A DNA stretch of 55,646 nucleotides, filler included, from Sphacelaria rigidula (Eukaryota), in assembly GCA_964200075.2 (NCBI GenBank). It is 3 parts of 3 records of this genome, joined end to end, with 100 filler letters (N's around TTAATTAATTAA, not from the genome) between each part and the next. Parts side by side here need not be neighbours in the genome. Positions count along the whole stretch, not along the records: positions 37,169 to 55,646 come from CAXNAA020000852.1; 2 more parts are not named here. One strand, 5' to 3'. The position numbers were made by a program, and so were the translations under genes. Position 1 is the stretch's first letter, and each line of letters starts with the position of its first letter. Shown piece after piece: positions 38,650 through 51,100 of the stretch. Under the pieces are notes generated by a model that saw nothing but the letters and a program-made list of their open reading frames with translations, did no database searches and had not been told where the DNA came from.

Positions 38650-40460
38650 AAGGGGCTCGGCGGCAATTTGGTGTCACCGCCGATGAACCTGAGAAACATC
38701 CACGAGTATTTCGGAAATCAAAAACAATTCCCACGGATACGAGAACTCCTGCACATGATTGAGTACGGAGTCCCAATGAACACATCGTCTCGCGATCCCG
38801 ATCCTCGAGGAGCGCTGAAATACGGTAATCACCGCAGTATTGAAGAACATATGCCTCACTCTAGGAGAAGTTGGTAAAGGATATACGAACAAACAGATGC
38901 CTTGTGTTTGAAAAGGGGGCGGCGCTCCAAATCAGCGGCCTCAGAGTGACCCCGCTTGGGGCAGTAGTAACTAGCAACGTCAGGATTATCAACGATTTTC
39001 CGTTTAACCCCAGCGCACCGAAGGGACAAAAAGGCGACCTCAGCCGGGACACGGTTGTGGACGAGGTGCCGCAATGCCTCTGCGGAGAGACACTCCCAAA
39101 ACTACTGAATGAACTCCTAAAGTTACGTGTCAAATTTTCGGACAGCAAAATCCTACTGTCAAAGACGGACGTCTCAAATGCATTCAGAAATGTCAGGATC
39201 GCGCCCGACCAGGCGCAAAACTGCTGCTACGTGGTAGACGACGTTATAGTAGCAGACTTTCGGCTCACGTTTGGATGGACGGGATCCCCCGGCTACGGGG
39301 GACTCTTATCACAGGCATAGCCACTGAACACGCGCACTGCAATACCACAATACTCGACGCCGCAATACTCGAAGAAAGTGAGAAACGTGGCCATAGTCAA
39401 GCCCTGGGAAGAAGGGACGCCTACAAATGTCCCGCCTGACGCTGCTATTGCTCCGGCAAACGGGGGGGGACTGCACGACCCCTTTTTCGTCAGCGTATAT
39501 GTGGACGACTATATCCTAGCAAGGGTACAGCACGGCGCGCAAGACAGTACGGCGCTAGCAGCTTCAGCTTCGCTAGCCTCAGATCACGGTGCAGCTAGCC
39601 AGGCGAGATACCCATCCTCGCACCTAAAAAAGTACAAACTGGGACATCAGTGTAGACGCGTTGCGATTCACGATCGACACATATACCATGAGGATAGCGG
39701 TCACTCGAGAAAAGATCGAAGCTACCAAAGAACCGCTGGAGCACGGCTGGCCCGCGGGCAAGACACGCGCGACCGCGCAAGACGTACTTAGCATAGCTGG
39801 AAAACTATGGAACCTCACGTTTGTTGTAAGACCCGGAAAATAGTTCGTATGGCAACTACTACGCCTCACCGACCTACACGTAGCCGCAAAGAAGATACGT
39901 AAAGTGAGACGACAGTGAATCTTGGCTGGGAGTTTCACGTGTATATCGTCTTTTGGAAATGGGCTATTGCGGAGAACCTGGTGCAACGCGGTGAATCGCT
40001 TAGCGCCCCGTTCTTTGCTCACACCAAACGCACCGCATCTCGTAAAATACATCTCCGACGCGAGCCTGGCAGCGGTAGGAGGGTACTGCACAGAGCTCGG
40101 GTTGTTCTGGCGGTACTCTTCACCATATGAGCTCACATGCGAAGTGAAGAGAAAAGCAAAACATAGAGAGACCTGTGCGGTCACTATCAATCTACAAGAA
40201 CTGTGTGGAATGTTCACGACCGCCTGCGCTATCCAGATGTTTCAGGGCGAAAGGCCCACAGTGAGAGGGGACCCACTCCTGATGCGCGGCGACAACTCGT
40301 CGGCTTTACACTGGGTAAATAAATGCGAGAGATCAAAAGACAAACGCGCCGCCCTCCTGATGCGAATGATGGGTCGCATGGAAGTCGCCACTGGGTGGTG
40401 TACTATAGCGAAACACATACCTGGCGTCTAAAACGAGCTAGCAGACGGCATCTCGAGATG
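38650..40460 (+). pseudogene. Reverse transcriptase / RNase H of the Ngaro-like element
   Basis: Fragments in ORFs 38560-38877, 38871-39320, 39378-39791, 39661-39843 and 39922-40431 carry consecutive RT and RNase H motifs. Confidence 0.88.
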
Positions 40461-40699
40461 GCCGAAGTCGGAGGTGGCCGAGAGGGTAGCACGGTTGTCA
40501 GGGAATCTCAAGTGGAAGCGGCAAGAGCTAGGAAATCGAGGCAGAGAGATACTCGAATTGATTCTGCAAGAAAAACCCTGCACCTCAGCCTAGACGAACA
40601 GATGTGGAACATAATGTCCCGATAAGCAGACTGAACCCGCGCTGTACTCGTGATACCATTGCAGGACAAAAGGGAGGCCCCGCCAGAGACGAGGAGGCG

Positions 40700-41735
40700 T
40701 TGCCAAGCTAGTAGAACTACTAGCTCACGCGTCAATTAACGCCAGCACAAGGAGCGGGTACGAGAAAAAGTTCGAAACGCGGTCCGAGTGGAGGGCACGC
40801 CGAGAAAAGCTCGTATATATGTCAAGGACCGACGGCGAGGCTAGCGCGGTCATCGATATCACTGATTTTTTTTGTGTGGCGGCTTTTTACCCACAAGAAA
40901 CAGAGGGGGTCAGTGCGGGGGTATTTGTCAGCGATAAGCTTTTACCAAAAGATGTACACCGGTTGGGAATTACCTATGAAACACTGTATTATAGCAGCCG
41001 TGGTCAAGGGAGTGAATCGAGCACACGGAAAATCGGAAGAAAGGCCTGGCGTGCGAAAACCGCTGACGCTATCGCTGTTGGTAGAAGGGAGGATGCTAGA
41101 GATGAATACGACACAGAGCCGAGTCACATGGATAGGCCTAGCCCTATTGTATTTTCTTCTGTGTAGGGCCTCCGGAATCTGGGCATACAACGATGGTTCG
41201 GTACATCCAGATTTTTGCCTTCGGAGGGGAGACCTTACCTTCTTCAGGGGAAACTCCCCACTGATCTGGTCAAACAGGGGCCTGGCTGATAGAGTCGAGG
41301 CGCGTTTTAGAGCCTCCAAGGCGGACCAAAAACGCCTAGGGGCGGTGGTAATCCGAACAAAAGTAGGAAGAAGTGCGCGGGGCACCGACAGATCTGAAGA
41401 CACGAGGGCGCTAGAGCTCCTGCTCGAGCTTGACTACCACTCAGAGTTGGAGGCAGAAGCTCCACTGATGCAGACCGTAAGCAAGACCGAATGGGTAGCC
41501 GTTACACGGGCGCGCGCGAAGAGCGCGCTTAGGCAATAGTTTTCAGTGCAGGAAGGGATCCGACGCAGTACGCGCTGCACTCCGGTAGGATCGGGGGGGC
41601 GACACATCTAGCGGCGCAGGGGGCGTCGCAACTACAGATTTAGATGGGAGGTGGACATCGCTGGCCTTCATGACGTGCGTAAGAGCGGGGGGCGAAGGAG
41701 CGAAATTCATATCGCAGGCACTCGCGGGGGAGTAA
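40700..41735 (+). pseudogene. Tyrosine recombinase of the Ngaro-like element
   Basis: ORF 40874-41539 plus downstream QYALHSGRIGGATHLAAQG and GRWTSLAFMTCVR. Confidence 0.88.
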
Positions 41736-41810
41736 AGTACAGAGAAAAAATGAAAATTGAAGAGAAGAAAAAGAAGAGAGAGAAAGAGGGAATGGATCGG
41801 GCTGCCCAAT

Positions 41811-42503
41811 GGGGGTAAGAGTGACCAACCGCAACGGCGGGCCAATATTGAGTACAGTAGTCTCGGGTTAGCCCGATATTTTCCCAACTGCGAGAACGCG
41901 TTCTTATCTCGCAGTTTTGTTTGTGTTAGTTTTCCGTCTTTTCTACATCCTAAATAATCCATAATTCTTGAGCCAAAAACAAATGAGTGTATTCTGCAAG
42001 AATACGAGGTTTGTGTTGGCGGATGACGAATTATAAGGGATGTACTCTGGCGCATGCCGAACTTAAAATGCAATATAAGAGTTTGTGTAGCCAAGGCGGC
42101 ACCGTCGCAGAGTGTTGTTGGAGCGAGCGAGACGGGTCTGGTGCAAGAGCACCAAAGAAGCCGACAATATCACTCGAGACCAGTCGGCCGAACAGCGACA
42201 CGCCAGCAGTCTCAGTAGTACAGTAGTCCCTGGCACTTGATAGATTTTTCACGCCCGCCAGCCCATCGCTCAAGGGAGGGAGACATCAGGGTGCGGATTA
42301 TATGGATGGAGTGACAGAGGGGGGGGGGGGGGGGGTAAGAGTGACCAACCGCAAGGGCGGGCCAATATTAAGTACAGTAATCTCGGGTAATCCCGATAAT
42401 TTCCCAACTGCGAGAACGCGTTCCTGTCTCACAGTTTTGCTTGTGTTAGCTTTCCGTATTTTCTACATCCTAACTAATCCATAATTCTTGAGCCAAAAGC
42501 AAA
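41811..42503 (+). repeat. Split direct repeats B1 (41811-41983) and B2 (42331-42503) flanking a 347-bp spacer (presumed A2)
   Basis: 173-bp ungapped match with 14 mismatches by my count (~92% identity). Confidence 0.92.
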
Positions 42504-42527
42504 CATATGGACTACCCGAACCGCGGC

Positions 42528-42779
42528 GGTCGCCCCGGTGGCTCAGTTGATAATCTCGGAACGTTTTGGCGGTTGGGTCGTGAGTTCAAATCTCGGAGCG
42601 ACCTGGGATTTTTACTCACACCATGCCCAACAGTGGAGAGTGGAGAGCGGCTCTGTCGCGGGTACACAGAATTAGAATTCGACTTGATGGTCGACGAGGG
42701 AAAGGGACTGCTGGATCCCCCTCGCGATGAAAAAGGAAAGGCATGCAACGCAGAAGGGAGATGAAGGTCCAAAAACAAA
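42528..42779 (+). mobile_element. tRNA-derived SINE, copy 3
   Basis: GGTCGCCCCGGTGGCTCAGTTGATAA (A box) and GAGTTCAAATC (B box), followed by the shared body and an A-rich tail. Confidence 0.78.
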
Positions 42780-42822
42780 TGGGACGACAACACACACACC
42801 CGTATCACGGGCTACGGGTTAG

Positions 42823-42918
42823 CCCTTAGACTGTAAGGGTATAGTCCATCTGAATCACGCATACCTTTTTCAAGTGAAGTTGATGCCGATTCAACCGATG
42901 ACCTACTCTCGCGGTCTA
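42823..42918. mobile_element. piggyBac-like mini-MITE (copy of 9581-9677)
   Basis: TTAG|CCCTTAGAC...TAGTCCATCTGAATCACGCAT...TTTTCAAGTGAAGTTGATGCCGATTC...CGCGGTCTA. Confidence 0.65.
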
Positions 42919-45108
42919 TCGAAAAAAGACCGGAAGAAATCTTCGTAGAGAATGGTTGATGGGGAACATCATCGACTGTTACAGACTAACATGAGGGGGG
43001 GAGGGGGGGGGATGCAGGTGACCAAATCGGAACACCCGACTCCCATCCTCCACGTCGAGGATCACCTGTTCAAAGTACTGGACTATGGAGGAACATCGGG
43101 TGATTTTCTTCATCCCCTAATCCTTCATATGTTTCCCCCCAAGCTTCCGTCTGCACCACACCGGACAGTCGATGTGACTGTCAATGCTTCGAAGCAAACC
43201 CTGGCGCCGTTCCCGCGGTAGCATTCATTTATTTCCGACAGATTACAGTCTCGCTGACGACACAAGGAATCGGCAGAACGTGGGTGTGCGTTATACCATG
43301 CGCGGCGATCCCGAAAGCACGCTTCATGCGCTGCCCCAGCGACAACGGCAAGCACACATGTTTGTACTGTCTTTCATACTGGCGGGCAAGGTTGATTGTT
43401 GTATGTATTGGTGCGGGAGAAGATATTCCCGACGCTACGACAGACAAACACGCGGCGCAATAACTACCTGCTCGATTTGGATACTACCTTCGTATGACTT
43501 GATGGGTCTTTATGCCGCACCTAACATGTTGTAACACCCCTCACTGAGGTGGCAATATCTCAACGCACATGGCAGCTATTTACACAAATCAAACTTTTCT
43601 GTGTAGAAAAAATGTGTACCTAGTAGTCTTTAATTTCCTGGTGGCCAACACTCTTGTCGCAATATTAGAAGTAGGGGTGAAGTGAAGGCCATCTACTGAA
43701 GATATTGCACTATTTCGACACGTAATCGGAGCTTGTCAAGGCTTGAACGACGGCTGGGCTTTAGTTGCATTTGCCTGTGAAGTTTTGGCTCGGCGACGTC
43801 CGTCAGTAGCGAGTAATCTTTGGTCTCGTGAAGGACGGGCATGTTGGAAAATGACATTTTTGCGTCTACAAATAGTTACAAGTTTTCGAGGGGTATCCAT
43901 CGCTGATTTGTGAGCTATACGTGGTGGAATTGAGCCAGACTGCAATGAGAAGGTAGATTTAGATACATACTGCAGCTGTGTATCAATTTCGTTGCATTAT
44001 AACCCTCTGTACACTTCTTTGACTCCGTCGCGTCTTCATTTTTGGGGTGGTGGTGGGAAACGTGACACTAACCCCCGGGGTAACACTGGTTTACGCTCGG
44101 CATTTTCTAGGCCTTACAGCATGACCGTCTCCAATTGACGCCACATATATATGATGAATAATAATTTCAGTAAGTGTCTCCATGGTATATTGAAAAGGAA
44201 CAACAATGATCCCATAGTTGGGGTCCAACTCTAAAAATTGAGCTGAGAATGGGCCAGCAAACTACAAAACCGGTTCTAGGCTAGGCCAGCTCGTATGCAT
44301 CACGTTCGTTCCCAAAAGGTATATCCTCAAAAAAAAAAAAAACCAAACCCCAGTTTGTAAAATCCCGTGTTATCTATAGATTCAGACGGCAAGCGACTAA
44401 TGGCATTGTTGCGTGATCAAATAAATCACACCCTGGACAACAGATGACATTGTCATGAAGTGTACTGCGTACAGTATAATATATAATAATATAATATATA
44501 ATTAATGTTGTCTACTGGAACTCGACTAGAACAATCGCGACTGTGCAGTTGATACTGTACGCAGTACACTTTTTGACAATGCAATATATTGTCCAGATTT
44601 GATTTCATTGATTTTGTCTCATTTTCTCATTATAAGTGGCCCCCCAGGGATCCAGTCTTGGTCACGTGATAGACGTACACAAGGCAAACAAAACTGAAGA
44701 ACTCGCGGCAGAAAAAATATATCCTCTTTTCCTTCTTTCTCTTCTTTCTTTTTTGTCTGCAACGAGCGTCCAGGGTGTGAAATAAATTAGGTTGGTCGGG
44801 TGCTTGACGAGGGCATTACAAGAAGTGATAGTTCAGGTGCTTGCAGTTCTCAAACCGTTAATTCTGACTTTGCAATTACCAGTAGAGAAACTACTACTTT
44901 TATTTTTACCCGCAGAATGATGACGGGTTTGAACATATTTGTTGGGCGAAAGTTGTACGTTCGACGATCGCGGGTCTATCATCTGCAGGAGGCGAAAACA
45001 TGAATCGAAACTTGCAGAAGCTCCGTGTCTCGCCCCACAAACACAACAGCACCTGGCGCCCACAACCTCGAACCACACACTAGGATAACCGAGACCACCT
45101 TTGTCAAC

Positions 45109-45145
45109 ATGGCTCCGATGAAGCTCACCTACTTCGATATCTCTG
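45109..45145 (+). CDS. GST: GST exon 1
   Basis: caacATG start, MAPMKLTYFDISG, donor gtatgt. Confidence 0.92.
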
Positions 45146-48100
45146 GTATGTACGATATGTGGCAATAATAAGTGGTGTAGTTTGTAGTTGACAGGGAAGA
45201 AGGAATGCACACTTGTGTCTGTGCGCTGCTCGTTGCACTGGTGTACCAACATCTGTTTCCGCGATGGTAATTGTGATCGTTGTCTGCTCCGCTATACGCG
45301 GCCGTATCACCTGTCATCATGGTCACCTGTTGTCAACATAGTACAGTGCAGGACAGCCGAACGCTATCATTGATATTGCACACTATGCAATTCACCCACC
45401 AGCTACATCCCACGGCGGGAAAAACGCGACGCAATTTCTTGCTTGAGATGAACTAGTTTCCTTCCTTGTTTGTTGACAGGCGTCGCTGAACCTATTCGGT
45501 GGGCTCTTGAAATTGGAGGGCAGGAGTGGGAGGATGTTCGTCTATCGAGAGAAGATTTTGCTGCCGTCAAGCCCAGTGAGTCATGTCTGCAGATCCGTAT
45601 GATTTATTTTTACGCTCATGCGTGGGGATACGTCTATGGTTGTGCACACTAGCAAGTTGGGGAGGAAAAACGTTCTGCAGTTATTTCCGGCGCAGCTGCC
45701 GATCTCAGTGTTACAATGTACTTGCTTCCCGTGTCTTGGATTCACGTCCCGTTCGGAACGATTTTGAAGATTACCCCGCCCCAATTACCCGTCCATCGAT
45801 TTTGAGCACTGATGGTGCCTTCAGATGTGCAACAACCCCTGAAACATTAGAGGTAAGTAAAAGCAACGCCAACGACATGGATGTCTGAGATTGTTTTTGT
45901 CCCGACCAAATTCCCCGTCGAGGGTTGTTGATATTTGAACTGAATCAAACAGATGAACACGAAACGCATCCGCATGTCTCGTCTTCGGGCGCTTGTATGT
46001 TCCGCTCCTGCCGTGAAAGCATGACAACACCCTCCGCTCTACAAATTCATCAATTGCTCTGCGCCTACGTATACGGATGGTACATGCGATGCCAATCCAT
46101 CAACGTGCTGTGCGTCAAACCCAGCCTGGGATCTGCGAACTCGCACGGATCGCGAAAACGAAAGAGTTCACGGGTGCAAAAACTATGAAAAAGGGCTCTA
46201 CAGTAGCTCATTCCATGTGTCACGGAAGAGATGAGGGGACATGCGAAGTGTTCGCACCTTGACGTCCTCCTGTCATCTCGAATTTGGGCCGTTTCATCAC
46301 TGAAAATGTCAGTTTGACTAAAACAAAGTGCGGCCGCCGGAAAACGCGGAGGTGTCCTCGAACGTTCTCAGGGAGGAGAGCAAGTCATCCGTAAGTGTCA
46401 ACATCCGCGTAGCCCCATGTCGAAATTTTTTCAACAGACATAGTTTTGGTATAGCATTAGTATACTTGTTGGAAATTGCAACATCCATGACGACTAGCCC
46501 ACAGGAGCGGTTGGGGAACGACTGAGGGAGCACTTCTGCAGGCAAGAGAGATGCAACCTAATTTTGTGTTGAATCCTGGTCCACAACAGCACCACAGAGG
46601 TGGCCAGAAATGACTCAAGAACGTAGATCTCTTGTGGCCACAGCACTCCCCTGTGTGTCCGTTTCTCGTTATGGCCGACATGTTGCGCGTTGCTCGCGCA
46701 CAGGCCGTTGCCAGCAGCATGTTTTTTCAAAACATCGGAAAACGCGTTGACGAGTTCGTTATATATGTGTGCTTGTGAACAAAAGGACATTTCATGGGTA
46801 CCGTGAGTGAGGTGGATACCCGGTACCGGTACTTGGGACATACCATAACGACGTTGGTCCACAAATATTTTTGAATGTCATGCCCACGATACCACGCTAC
46901 ATCGAGATGTCAAAGTTCGCCGCACGCGCTCTATCGGGTATTTTCGAAAGTCACACCGACGATACCCTCGGTATTTCGAAATTCCAATACCTACTGGACC
47001 CGCCGAATCGGGATTGTGGAAAGGTCGTACCTGCGATACCTACGATACCCGTCCAGTGGGATATTTTGAAATGACATACTCATTGATGGAGTATCGTGGT
47101 ATTTCGAGATACCAGTGGTACCGTACCCGCTTAGACCCACTTTTATGTCAACGAGTCCCGATTTTACAAAGATGAGGATTTCAGCCCATCTACAGGCGAT
47201 TTTCTCCCGTGGATTGATTTTTCGGATCTCAGCCCATCTACAGGCGATTTTCTCCCGTGGATTGATTTTTCGGATCTCAGTCCGTTGGACAATGTTTTTA
47301 GGCTAGCTGTGAGCAAACCAGATCAATTCTCCGATTTTCTGGGCGTGGACTTTCAATACATCACCGTTCTGCTGAAATCGGGACACTTCCGCATCTCCGA
47401 TTTTTCTGAGATGCGGAAGTGTCCCCATATGGGCAGAAACGTGATAGACCAAAAGTCAACGTCCACATAATCGGAGAAATGATCTGATTTGCTCGCAGCT
47501 AGCCGAAAACCATTGTCCAACGGACTGGGATCCGAAAAATCAATTCACGGGAGAAAATCGCCTGTAGATGGGCTGAAATCCTCATATTTGTAAAAATCGG
47601 GACTCGTTGCTATAAAAGTGAGTCTTGATCGGGAATTTTCTCAACTCGTACCTACGATACACTCTCATCCCTCGGTATGGGGTACCCCCTGTGAAAACCT
47701 GAGGTACACTCGGCACGGTACCTTCCCTAGGGTTCCCGTAAAAGGTTTCCAGCACATACAAGAGTTGTCATGCATGACCCCGCTCCCTCGCCCATGAGTA
47801 TGACATACGTTCACGTATCCAACCGTCGCTACGGAAATTGAAACGAATAGTCCGGACAGTGCCTTCCAGGGTAGCCCCGTCAAAAGAACACCTGATTCGT
47901 TTAATCTCACATTCCGAAGTATACTATTCCAGAGAGATCTTGAGTCTCCAGTGAGACTGTCTTGTCTTCACGCGCCATTTTTGTCGTCGATACGAGCGGG
48001 TGGCAACACGGCACTCCGTCGAGGGGATCCCTTGCATGCCGACAATTGCGTCCACTTCAAACAAATCCTCTGAACATCAGAGCCCGGAAAGGGTTTATCT

Positions 48101-51100
48101 AACAACGAAGTAGTCAAATGATGATGCGTAGCACAACCATTCACCAGTTGGATGGTGAATGATGGTTTGGTCATCAAGCCAACCGGCAGAGGGGGCCCGG
48201 CTGGAGACGACATGCCAGAGGCGCGTTTTTGAATCATTTGGCTCCACTACGAGCTGGGCCAGCGGTAAATCCCGCATTCGCTTCCCACGCCACAACTTCC
48301 CAAGTTTACCAAACCAGCTCGACTTGGACATCGCTGAGAACTGCAGGTCAACCTGGCCACACGCGGCACCGCCGCTGAACCGCCCCTGAACTAGAGAAAA
48401 AATGAAGATCTATAGAAAATACCGGGAACCGAACTCACGACCTTCATTACTGCAGTATCCTATATCACTAGAATTGAAGTGTTGCGGCCGAATCACACTA
48501 AAATTGCGATGCGGCGCCCAACTCGAGAACGTCCCGGACGCGAGCGCCCATGAAGCTGTTCGAGGTGCAGCTCTGCCGTATGAATTTTTCATGGAGTTAT
48601 ACGAGTTGGGTCAGCCTAGAAGCGAATTTAAAGTTTGTAGATCCATTCGTCGGTAAATATTTTGGTATGAAAACTGACTACTGCCCTCAACTCATGAAGA
48701 ACCCAAATTAAAGGGCCTGACTGGAGATATTGGCCGACGAATGGACCATTTCGTAACCGGGTCGGTGGACATTCGGAACAGTTTTGTGCAGGCCACGTTG
48801 GATGTTTGTTGTGAAATTTTGTGCGGGACACCCCCGTGTTTTTCCATGTGAAGAGTCAAATTACTATCGTGGAAAATGAGGTGAACAAGAAGAATACGGC
48901 CTTGGAGCAGTCTTCATTTTTCCTCAACTCCCTTCAAACAACATGAAATATGCGTGAAAAACGATGAAATCAAGAAAGCAGGTTCGTTGATGGTGGTCTG
49001 TACTAGCGACTCTCCATGAACATTCATGGCTCTCGAGAACTTGGACGCAATATCCAGATTTGGGGCATCGAGTGCCTCTGCTCGCGATACATTAAAATTG
49101 GTATGGAGGATCATCTGCTTCAAATCTCTGGATAAATTACATGCTCGTGATGATTGGAGCACATATCGTCTGCCCGTGCTCCAGGGAACGTCCACACCAC
49201 AATTTGTCATCCTCTGCATGAATCGTTCGGAGCTATCGCCGTACGGAAAATGAATTACTTGACATAAGGTCTGATCAAATGGAGAATATTGGCCCAGACC
49301 TGTCAGCAGATGGACTCTTTTCGCCTCGATGAAACGATGAAAACGACATGCGAATCATGGCCCAACACGTCCGTGTCGACGAGATACGGCCTTCAGAGCT
49401 TGAGTCCGTTTCTGAGCTGCCCCAGCTCGTGGTACTCCCTTTTTTCTGCTGAGAACTGAACTCGTTCAACTTCCCGTTTAATTTTGTTTCCCCCGTGCAC
49501 CCTCCCAAGGGTTGTATGAGTTGATCATGAGAAAATCGTGTCGAAAATTCAGCGCCCAACTCTCTGAATTACCAATCGTATCGCCGTTCATGTCCAAATC
49601 CGCTATCAGCGGGCTCAGCTCTTGGAGCAAGAAAACGCGTCAAGTTTGGGCCAAATCTCGAAGGCGAAACCATGGCGCACTCGGCTTGGACTTTCAGTGA
49701 AACGAGGCGGTCCATTTAATGCTTCGATTGAAGAAACTCAGACCGTCTTTTCTGGTCCCTTTTCTTCATCGGATGGAAGTGAAACCGAAATTGCTAAGAG
49801 TAGGACCCTGATGGCTTACACGGTACCGGCCCGCTAGTAAGAAACGTCACGAAAAATATCAGCCTCAAGTTTTGGACAAACTTGAGAAACGGCCCAGCCC
49901 CGGCATCTGCCCCAACTTACGAAAGAGCAACCCTTCCCCTGGCGGCCCACCGTGTCCCTAGATATGTGGGGTACAGTACAGTNNNNNNNNNNGTACTACT
50001 GTACACTGGCTGTTTCGCTTCTAGGGAAATTATGCTCATTTTCCCAGGAAAAAAAAAAAGGAGCATTTCAGAAAATGATGCTCATTCTCCCAGGAAAATA
50101 ATAAAACCAGCCTCAGGCCGATTTTTTAGTTGCTTACTAGCGGGCCGGTACTGAACACTTTTTAACGATGATGAACTTTGAATTAAAAAATATAAGTCAA
50201 ATATAAGTGTCGGAAGACGGTGGCACGGTACACGAGCGCAGCTATACAATATGCACATGATTGATATATTGATTACTCAACATTTGTTCACTGATTCACT
50301 GCGCACTCAGCCGTGGTCACGGTACAAGTAAAATGGAAGAAGAGCAACGAAACGCGCTAGTCGACGGTGAAGGTGGCAGGTAATAGCTTTGTTCTGTACG
50401 TACGGTAGTGGGCGGTCTAACCATCTAGGGATGTCTCGGGGTTTTCCTCGTGTACTACTCTTCGATATAACTCGTAATTGTTGACGTGGATAGATTTTGG
50501 TACAACGAAGTAGATCATCTTTTAACACAGTGCCCAAGTCAGTGCTACTTGGTCTTGTTGGGCGAAACGAGTCAGTACACCGTTCATCAGGAGGGTGTTA
50601 TTGGCCGTGGAACAGTTTTTAGGCCCTAGTTCACTGAGTAAGCAAAATTTTAAAATGGAGAATACTGAACATTCATGTGCAAATATGATCGGGACGGGCT
50701 CGATCGACCGAAAACACAAAAGAGCAAGAATCTGGGCTGAAACGTGGTAGAACCTCCGATGACCGGTCAGCCCGTGAATCACTCAGTATTGAGTACAGAT
50801 TTTCCCTGCTTGGAATGCGCAGCGGATACAAATATCTTCAGATTCCCCATGTGATAATATGTATCGAGGGAAGGACAAAATGATGAGAGTGGCCAGTTCT
50901 TATAACTTCCGCTAATCCATCCGAGGCCGTGCACTTCTCCCCTCGGGTTCCTCTTCCGTTCTCCCCTGCACTTCGTCACATTCCCTCATCTGCTTCACAG
51001 CTCTGCCCAACGGACAGGTGCCAGTACTCAACGTGGATGGCTACCAACTGGCCCAGAGCTTGGCTATCCTGCGCTTCGTCGGCAGGAAAGCAGGTGAGGA

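Larger units (their letters stand above)
37320..42503 (+). mobile_element. Decayed tyrosine-recombinase retrotransposon (DIRS order, Ngaro-like), 5'-truncated
   Basis: RT motifs (KTDVSNAFRNV, FGWTGSPG, YVDDYI), RNase H motifs (ISDAS, INLQEL, GDNSSA, HIPGV*NELADGISR) and tyrosine recombinase motifs (YFLLCRASGI, HSGRIGGAT, GRW.S) in order, with no methyltransferase domain. The 3' end has split direct repeats at 41811-41983 and 42331-42503. Many stops and frameshifts. Confidence 0.92.

Noticed and set aside
42528..42605. tRNA-like heads as genuine tRNA genes (also 22411 and 9020)
   Set aside because: I cannot form complete cloverleaf stems, and each is fused to the same non-tRNA body, so they are SINEs.
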